A stretch of 62,928 nucleotides of DNA, the filler included, from Octopus bimaculoides (taxonomy: Eukaryota), in the NCBI RefSeq assembly GCF_001194135.2. It is 5 parts of 4 records of this genome, joined end to end, with 100 filler letters (N's around TTAATTAATTAA, not from the genome) between each part and the next. Parts side by side here need not be neighbours in the genome. Positions count along the whole stretch, not along the records: positions 50,709 to 60,665 come from NC_068986.1; positions 60,766 to 62,928 come from NC_068981.1; 3 more parts are not named here. One strand, 5' to 3'. Under the pieces are notes generated by a model, which saw nothing but the letters and a program-made list of their open reading frames with translations, had not been told where the DNA came from and ran no database searches. This document shows positions 55,204 through 62,928 of the stretch, piece by piece. Position numbers and translations under genes: made by a program. Position 1 is the stretch's first letter; each line of letters opens with the position of its first letter.

Positions 55204-55847
55204 TCTTTTTGACATTGATAAGTATGATGATGATGATGATGATGATGATGATGCTGATGATGATGATGATGATGATGATGATAATAATAATAATAATAAT
55301 AACAAGCATTGCTCTCGGATTCAATTGATTTCAGATGTACCGCATGCAGATTGCCGCATACAGGAGTAGTTCCAGACTATTATTTCTTGAAAAGAAAAGA
55401 AGTGGAATTGGAGGATGGATCTACATACGAAAATTTGTTCCACGTCGTGCTGCAATTATCAGACTCACAAGAAGATCTCTAGATAAGGCTGTCCAATACG
55501 CTGAAACATTTTTCGACTGAAAATTTCAATTTTTGTTAAGAAAAAAGAAAATCACAGCTGGAGAAATTGTTTTAATGATATTTACCTTTATTTTCTCTTC
55601 ATGCACCATTTTTATGACCCATTTGTAGAATTTGTATTTTCATGAATTAGCTACAGAATTCCTAATAAATCTATTGACTGACAAATATTAACAGCCTTAA
55701 CACCAACAAGAACAACAACGGTGACGACGGCAACAACAACAACAAAGATCACAACAGAAGACATTGTAACGTATTACATAAATTTTTTTATCTTGGGTTC
55801 CGACTGGAAATAATAAAAATCAGAAAATGAAGTTTTGTATAGTATTT

Positions 55848-57031
55848 ACTAGCAGAAATACCCGGCTTTGCCCGGGTTAAAGAGAATAATGAAATCTAAA
55901 AACGCCGTCTAGACTACGCAACCCTCAACTGTTAGTAGCTACGATACCATATTTCTACATTAATAACTCTCCAATCCATGCCAGCATGGAACATAGACAT
56001 TAAGTGGAATGCCAGTCTCTCATCTAGGAGGGCCTTGAAATCAATGTTACCAACTGGGGACTATGTGTGTCGCAGTGATNNNNNNNNNNNNNNNNNNNNN
56101 NNNNNNNNNNNNNNNNNNNNNNNNNNNNNNNNNNNNNNNNNNNNNNNNNNNNNNNNNNNNNNNNNNNNNNNNNNNNNNNNNNNNNNNNNNNNNNNNNNNN
56201 NNNNNNNNNNNNNNNNNNNNNNNNNNNNNNNNNNNNNNNNNNNNNNNNNNNNNNNNNNNNNNNNNNNNNNNNNNNNNNNNNNNNNNNNNNNNNNNNNNNN
56301 NNNNNNNNNNNNNNNNNNNNNNNNNNNNNNNNNNNNNNNNNNNNNNNNNNNNNNNNNNNNNNNNNNNNNNNNNNNNNNNNNNNNNNNNNNNNNNNNNNNN
56401 NNNNNNNNNNNNNNNNNNNNNNNNNNNNNNNNNNNNNNNNNNNNNNNNNNNNNNNNNNNNNNNNNNNNNNNNNNNNNNNNNNNNNNNNNNNNNNNNNNNN
56501 NNNNNNNNNNNNNNNNNNNNNNNNNNNNNNNNNNNNNNNNNNNNNNNNNNNNNNNNNNNNNNNNNNNNNNNNNNNNNNNNNNNNNNNNNNNNNNNNNNNN
56601 NNNNNNNNNNNNNNNNNNNNNNNNNNNNNNNNNNNNNNNNNNNNNNNNNNNNNNNNNNNNNNNNNNNNNNNNNNNNNNNNNNNNNNNNNNNNNNNNNNNN
56701 NNNNNNNNNNNNNNNNNNNNNNNNNNNNNNNNNNNNNNNNNNNNNNNNNNNNNNNNNNNNNNNNNNNNNNNTGTACATTACAGTATCGAAATGTGATTGT
56801 TTCAGTTAGAATAGTTTCATTTTTAAAGTGAAAGTATTTAACATGAGTGTTTTTGTTTCACTTTTGACACGTAATACTTAAATAGTGGAGGAGATATGTT
56901 GCCGTGGGCTCGAACTCTGCAAGAATTTAAAATTTTTTTTGACTAAAACACAACTGGAACCCTAAGTAAGGCATCTGTAAAATTTGAATGAAATTGGTTG
57001 CGTTGTTCTCGAGTTTTAGGGATTCACACAC

Positions 57032-57074
<43 letters not shown>

Positions 57075-57101
57075 CACATTCTCATTTTTATATATATAGA
57101 T
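55848..57101 (+). mobile_element. DINE-1/Helentron-like non-autonomous element (HINE type) spanning an N gap
   Basis: 5' ACTAGC followed by hairpin ACCCGG-ctttgc-CCGGGT (55860-55877); 3' aaatttgaatgaaattggttg...gagtttt...(CAGA)n...ttttatatatatagat. Linking both ends across the gap is inferred. Confidence 0.7.
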
Positions 57102-58316
57102 TAATTATTCTTATTATTTTTGATGATTGACAACTTCTCGTAATATCTGCTGAAGTCATAATCTTTAGTGACTTAAATGGACCCAGCTCTTGACTCGATC
57201 CAACGTTGCAGATTAAGTTCTAAAAATAGCAAACAAATCTTTCCTGTATCAGACTTTACCGCCAAAGAAAAACAAAGCACTAATGCATAGAATGTTCTAG
57301 GAGCAGTATATCTGGAAAAAATAAAAACCAGCTTGTTGTAATTGTAATACCTTTCTATCGGAGAGCTAATCTGGAGCTAAACAACAACTGTTCTACACGG
57401 CACCCATCTTCTAACACAGCGATGGATGATTCGTTTGCTATTCAGTACTATCTACAACAGCTAGTATCTCTATTCCCCCGTTTACCTCAGCAATACATCG
57501 ACACTCCAAATACATCGCATAACATATTTCTCGGATACGGAAATACGAACAATCCCTGACAACAACGATTAAACTGAAACATAGTCGGTCTTTTTTATAG
57601 CACGCCAAAAGGAAAAGCTTTTCATCATCTATGTATTCAGGGCGTCTTTTGGAGCAGTCGTATTTGCTTTATGCACAGCAACCGTTCACGACCACAATGC
57701 TTGATACATCCTGCATTTCTTTCAAGGTACTTGCCAAACTATACACACATATCGCTAGAATATTCTTGCAACACTACGCAATGAGAATAACAACTTCTCC
57801 GCTCCTGTATTGAAAAACTTATTGACATAACTAACAAGGATCTGTACTGCATTACATTCAGATTTATTTGAATATGTACAACATGTATACAGTTTCACAC
57901 TTACATTGTTCATTCAAGTATTAAGTAGTTCATATTTTCTCTCTTGATATCTAAGATCCATGCTCTAGCTTTGCATCACATCTACCTTTCATTGCACACG
58001 TTTTCGTGTATTCATTGAAAAATACATAAAGTTCTCACTTCATTTTCTAATAGCCAACATTAAGTTCTCGTTTCAACGAGAAGATTGATAGTGTAACGGG
58101 AAAATTTTGCCGAGATTCCAACCGTTCGTCTTTCTTCTTGTTTATGCTGGATCTCCTCTTGTTTCCCTCTTGTTCTCATTTTCACCACCACCCCTTAAGT
58201 ATGGTGCTTTTACTATCGGTCATTTTTACACAACAGCTACGTTATGGGGACGAAAACAAACCAACGTCGGTTGTCAATCGGTGGCGGAAAGTAACAAACT
58301 GTCACAAAGACACAAA

Positions 58317-58392
<76 letters not shown>

Positions 58393-58414
58393 TGCGTGTG
58401 TATACGATGGGCTT

Positions 58415-58542
58415 ACCGTAAATCAAATTCCCTGCTCGCAAGGCATTAATCGGCCGTGGCTATTGTAGGAGACACTTTGTCGAAGGCGCTGCGTAGTGGG
58501 ACTGAACCCGAAACCACGAGCTTTTTAACCATACAACCATGC
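58415..58542 (-). mobile_element. Family B SINE, degenerate 5' portion
   Basis: Minus ggtttcgggttcagtcccactacgcagcgccttcgacaaagtgtctcctacaatagccacggccga matches the family B head. Confidence 0.7.
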
Positions 58543-58707
58543 TGTAGATGATACCGTGATAAACATTTTTACATACAACCGTATCTCTTGTTTATATCTG
58601 TCCACCCTGCATTGCATCATGTAAAACCTCCATTTGTGAGTTCAAATCCTGTCAGAGTTAATACTTGTTGCCACGGGGTTTCATCAAATAGGATTAATTT
58701 GTCGGTG

Positions 58708-58780
58708 GGCAGTTTAGCTTAATGGTAAAGCACTTGGATGGAGTCTTCAAGAGATGTGGGTTCGAGTCCCACGGCTATTT
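58708..58780 (+). tRNA. tRNA-like sequence or pseudo-tRNA, anticodon not assignable
   Basis: A box TAGCTTAATGG, D stem GCTT/AAGC, anticodon stem CTTGG/TCAAG with a 9-nt loop, T arm GTGGG-TTCGAGT-CCCAC, weak acceptor stem (four G-U pairs, one mismatch), T6 run at 58790-58795. Confidence 0.55.
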
Positions 58781-59481
58781 GCTAACAAATTTTTTCCGCT
58801 TTGTAAGGGTAATTCACCCAATGATTCTGCTGTTCTAACGGCGTTTCGGCGTTCGAATATAAATTATCCTCTTATTTGTAGCTTACAATACGCATTTCGG
58901 TACTTATTAAAAAAAAATATTAGTTTATCTATATATATATAAATGTTAGTTTATTTATATATTATATATTATATATATATAATGAAAGTATATTGCGATA
59001 GAAACTGGAGGTGACGACAGAGTTATCCCATAATTTCATATAAACACAATATGACGTACCAATGTATCCAACACATAAATTTACATATCTTTAATATAAC
59101 ATGAAAACCGTACATATGTTTTTATATAAGATGATAACAATCAGATTTACGGGAAAACATAATCGTCATTGATGCATGAAATGAAATTCGGGAATAGTTT
59201 TCCACGATCTCTAAATATGTTTCGCCACACATGTTCATGAAGATATGATGTAAATAAACCACCATTAGTCCCACATTGTCGCCTGAGTTTTTTCTTGGCG
59301 AGCATCCATCACCCTTTTATAGTCCCATATATGGATGCTTTCATCGTTTGGATCAACCAAATTGAGTGAATGGTTAACAACTTCATGATTATAGAAGTTG
59401 TTAAGATCCACATTGGAAGCCTACCCATCAGATATCAAACGTGATTCGTGAAATTTCGGTATATCACTCATCACTTCCGCT

Positions 59482-59708
59482 TTCTTATTTCTTTACTGCC
59501 CACAAGGGGCTAAGCATAGAGGGGACAAACAAAGGGATTAAGTCAATTACATCGACCCCAGTGCGTAACTGGTACTTAATTTATCGACCCCGAAAGGGTA
59601 AAAGGCAAAGTCGACCTCGGCGGAATTCGAACTCAAAACGTCACGTCAGACGAAATACCGCTAAGCGTTTCGACCGGCGTGCTAACGTTTCTGCCAGCTC
59701 GCCGCCTT
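59482..59708 (-). mobile_element. Family A SINE, young full-length copy with an alternative 3' tail
   Basis: Head AAGGCGGCGAGCTGGCAGAAACGTTAGCACGCCGG, B box GAGTTCGAATTCC; tail tttgtcccctctatgcttagccccttgtgggcagtaaagaaataagaa differs from the other copies and recurs at about 60797-60838 (+). Confidence 0.9.
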
Positions 59709-60498
59709 TCTATCGCAATGTACTTTCATTTTAAACCAGCAATTTACTTTCAGTCTTTTACGACGGTAAATAACATGTTAACCCTAAACAAATCGTACTC
59801 CAAACCAAAGGCAGTGTAAAATAGTATTTTATTGAAGCTGAAAATACTTCACAACTGTTACTCCTCTGAGTTTCTGAGCAACAGTTTGTGAACTCACTTC
59901 AGCTTCATTAAAATTGTATGCGTACGTGCGTGCGAATGTGTTGTAGGGAATTAGTAATTATGGTACAGCCCTCCCAAGTAATAAGTGGAATTAACCAGCC
60001 ACTATAAGTAAGGTGACGTCGGCCGGTATCGAGAAAGTACATAGAGTAAGGGTAGACTGCGTTGACAGTCGTGTCTGTGCTGATATAGTAATCATACTGT
60101 GATACTGAGTGGACATTATAACGATCCAACCATTTGAGGATAATAACACTTGTAGTGGTTAAATGTGTATCATGGTAAACAGATGCAAAAGGAATGTGTA
60201 TGCTTTTGAAGTAAACAAATGAGTGAATCGATTCATAATTGAAAATAATTTATTCAATGGACTTAATTTGTTGTTGGTACACAATTCTTCACTACATGCA
60301 AAATGTTGACAACTGCTACGAGTTGCTAGAAATAGAAACAGGCTACATCTGAGGAAATGATATGTCAGCAACGAATATATGTTTGTGTGTAGGTGTGCGT
60401 ACGTAGTTCATCTGATACAGTAGTCTACCGTGGAACTTCGAACATTGTTCTGGTCTCTGGGAAAAGCTGTCGTGGCTAGACGTTCCACGGGTAGACCA

Positions 60499-60567
60499 CA
60501 GGTATTTATAATAATAGTGGCAGGTATTTATAATAATAGTGGCAGGTATTTATAATAATAGTGGCAG
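60499..60567. repeat. 22-bp minisatellite, three exact copies (caggtatttataataatagtgg)
   Basis: Units start at 60499, 60521 and 60543. Confidence 0.95.
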
Positions 60568-60911
60568 CTAGAAGGACAGACATACTGCAGCAGAGTTTAT
60601 ACCTCAATAGGTCAGCTCCTGTCCATTTGAACTTCGCCTGACATGGCTTAGGTCGTAGGTCAAAGNNNNNNNNNNNNNNNNNNNNNNNNNNNNNNNNNNN
60701 NNNNNNNNNTTAATTAATTAANNNNNNNNNNNNNNNNNNNNNNNNNNNNNNNNNNNNNNNNNNNNTTTTTTTTTAAAGAAAAGCTCTACAGTTGTATTTG
60801 TCCCCTCTGTGTGCAGCCCTGTGTGGCTAATAAAAGAAAGTTATCTATCTATCTGTCTGTCTGTCTGTCTGTCTGTGTGTGTGTCTGTCTGTCTAACTAT
60901 CTATCTGTCTG

Positions 60912-60980
<69 letters not shown>

Positions 60981-62229
60981 ATGTCTGTCTGTCTGTCTGT
61001 ATGTATGTATGTATGTATGTATGTCTTTATATGTATGTGTATTATTTTTCGAATTTGGGTGAACTTGTATAGAATGAATAAAGTTAAAACATGGTCTGGT
61101 TTCCACGATTTTTATTATGTTATTCTATTTCTCTAATGTGTCTGTGAATGCATTGCAAGCTTGCTCGTGAATAAGGCCAATGGATGCAGCATTCAAGTTC
61201 TAATAGCAACATTTCATTCCTCATGGTCCGTTACAAAATGGGGCCTGTTGTCGCACGGAACCTCTTACCACACGTGGCCTGTTGCACCTAGCATTCAACT
61301 CTTTGTTTATTGCTTTCTCGATTTTGATCCTGCTATTGTTTTGCCTGTCTACAACTTTTCTCGCTCATTGTCTTAATGTGTCAACTGTACTTCAAACATG
61401 GTACCCTTTGTGCATCTAAACCTGCTGAGCTGTTCACATTTTGGAGAGGATGTTCATTTTTTTTTTTTGGCGCGAGATACAGCGTAAAATAAGCCTTCTG
61501 GAAATATGCGTTACAGGCATCGTTTTACTCATTTGGCTACTGTTACATACACACTGTTTTATGTCAAATGCGTCATTGAAGACGGAAGCTTAAAACGTTT
61601 TAGTGCGAAATCAAAAACAAAATAAGAGGAACCAACAGAAACCAACATTGCCTTTTTGTTGAGTGGCTGGCATTCACGCTGTCGATACGAGCTTGAGGTG
61701 TGATGAGAGTTTTGTTGTGAAATTGTATCTCGATATCGTTGGCAAAGTACACGAAGTGTGTAGAAGAAAAGGCGGTTCTTTGGTGAAAACTGAAGAGGAA
61801 GCGCAAGAAGCGTCACGTGATATGACGAAGAAGGCGAAGAAAAAAAACAGTGTGACCGGTGACGTGGCAGGTCAGGTGAATGCAGAGGAAGCGGAGGAAG
61901 ATGAAGAGAAAGAAATAAAGAGGATGGAGATGAACGAGTGGAAGGAGAAAATGCGGAGGAGACCGATGGTAAAGGTTCAATGATGCTGAATGGAGAGGAC
62001 GATTTCACGCAGTCGAACGAAGTTATCGTCTCGAAGTGAGGTGGTGACGAAGATGACGAGCAGGGCACAAACGCAAGCTGTGACAGCGGGGGTACGTCGA
62101 TGGGTGAGGACGGAAGAATTTGAAATAGAACTCAAATACATTGGAAGACATCAATGAGAACGATGCTAAACCTGACAGCGTTGAAAGTAAAACAACCAGC
62201 AACCCTTTGAAGAACAACAATATCAGGCT

Positions 62230-62928
62230 ACTGTTTTAACAGATATGTTTACCAAATTGCATAAAAATATCTTGAAATTTTACAGCGTTAATTTGTTCAA
62301 TAAAATCGCCATTGTCCTCAACTACGGCCTCCAGACGACTTCGGAATCTCCTGCAGCTCTTCCGGACGGTCTCCTTGTTTAAGTTGGTCATAATCCTTAC
62401 CTTCAGTTCGTCTTTAGTGTTACAAGGAGATTTGTGGCCTCTCGCTCAAATGCGCCCCACACATAATAATCAATTGCTGCCTGGGGAGTTAGATGGCCAG
62501 ATGTTAGGGGTGACATGGTCGCAGAAATTGTCTGACAGCCATGGCCGAGTTCTCCTGCTTCTGTGGCATGTTACAGAGTCTTGCTGCCAGACACAGGGTC
62601 TTCCAGTAAACACCTTGTTGACCCAGGGCAGCCCTACCTCCTCAAGGAACTTGATGTAGACTTCCGTGTAGACTCTGAGGCCGTGTGGAGAGATGAATGG
62701 AGGCATAACGTCACCATCACTAGTGATCACTCCAAACACCATGGTGACTTTCGGTACATGTCCTCAGATTGAAGCCTAAACACTCTTAAATGTTCGTATT
62801 GGAACTTCCGGCGCGAATGCCAAACAGTATAGCATGGCGCTTCCATATTTCTGGCAGAGTGAATTAAGTCATGGCGTTGTTCTTTTTCTTTTAACAGACG
62901 GTACTCAACTGACCCTACTATAATCTGT
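62230..62928 (-). mobile_element. Tc1/mariner superfamily DD37D (maT) transposon, internally deleted, running off the window end
   Basis: MVFGVITSDGDVMPPFI...VWQQDSVTCHRSRRTRPWLSDNFCDHVTPNIWPSNSPGSN then frameshifted DYYVWGA...SCRRFRSRLEAVVEDNGDFIE; restoring NPLD gives 37 residues between the last two Asp; 5' end (62790-62928) matches 29290-29440. Confidence 0.88.

Noticed and set aside
60499-60567. CRISPR-like direct repeats
   Set aside because: Repeats are contiguous without spacers; eukaryotic context with no cas genes.
61207-61430. QNGACC plus hydrophobic stretch suggesting an EGF/TM exon
   Set aside because: Cys spacing is not EGF-like, wrong phase, weak acceptor.

Overview
AT-rich, gap-ridden eukaryotic DNA, non-coding apart from two exons. 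Its SINE and microsatellite content looks like an octopus genome (inference from recalled repeat consensus sequences; no search was run). Nearly all supplied ORFs are microsatellite or N-gap artefacts. The only convincing host-gene signal is a pair of phase-compatible + strand exons (393-485, 2114-2190) encoding an EMI-like cysteine-rich domain. The rest is a transposon graveyard: at least 8 Penelope-like element (PLE) remnants, R4/Dong-like, CR1-like and zinc-knuckle ORF1 LINE fragments, two DD37D (maT) Tc1/mariner deletion derivatives, two DINE-1/Helentron-like non-autonomous elements, a foldback element, and more than 20 tRNA-derived SINE copies. The best RNA-level find is an apparently intact extended type I hammerhead ribozyme on the minus strand (40756-40842). 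Decayed hammerhead relics also sit beside inverted terminal repeats of two PLE remnants, and there is a tRNA-like Pol III unit at 58708-58795. Four 100-bp synthetic scaffold joins (44N-TTAATTAATTAA-44N) mean contiguity across the window is not guaranteed.
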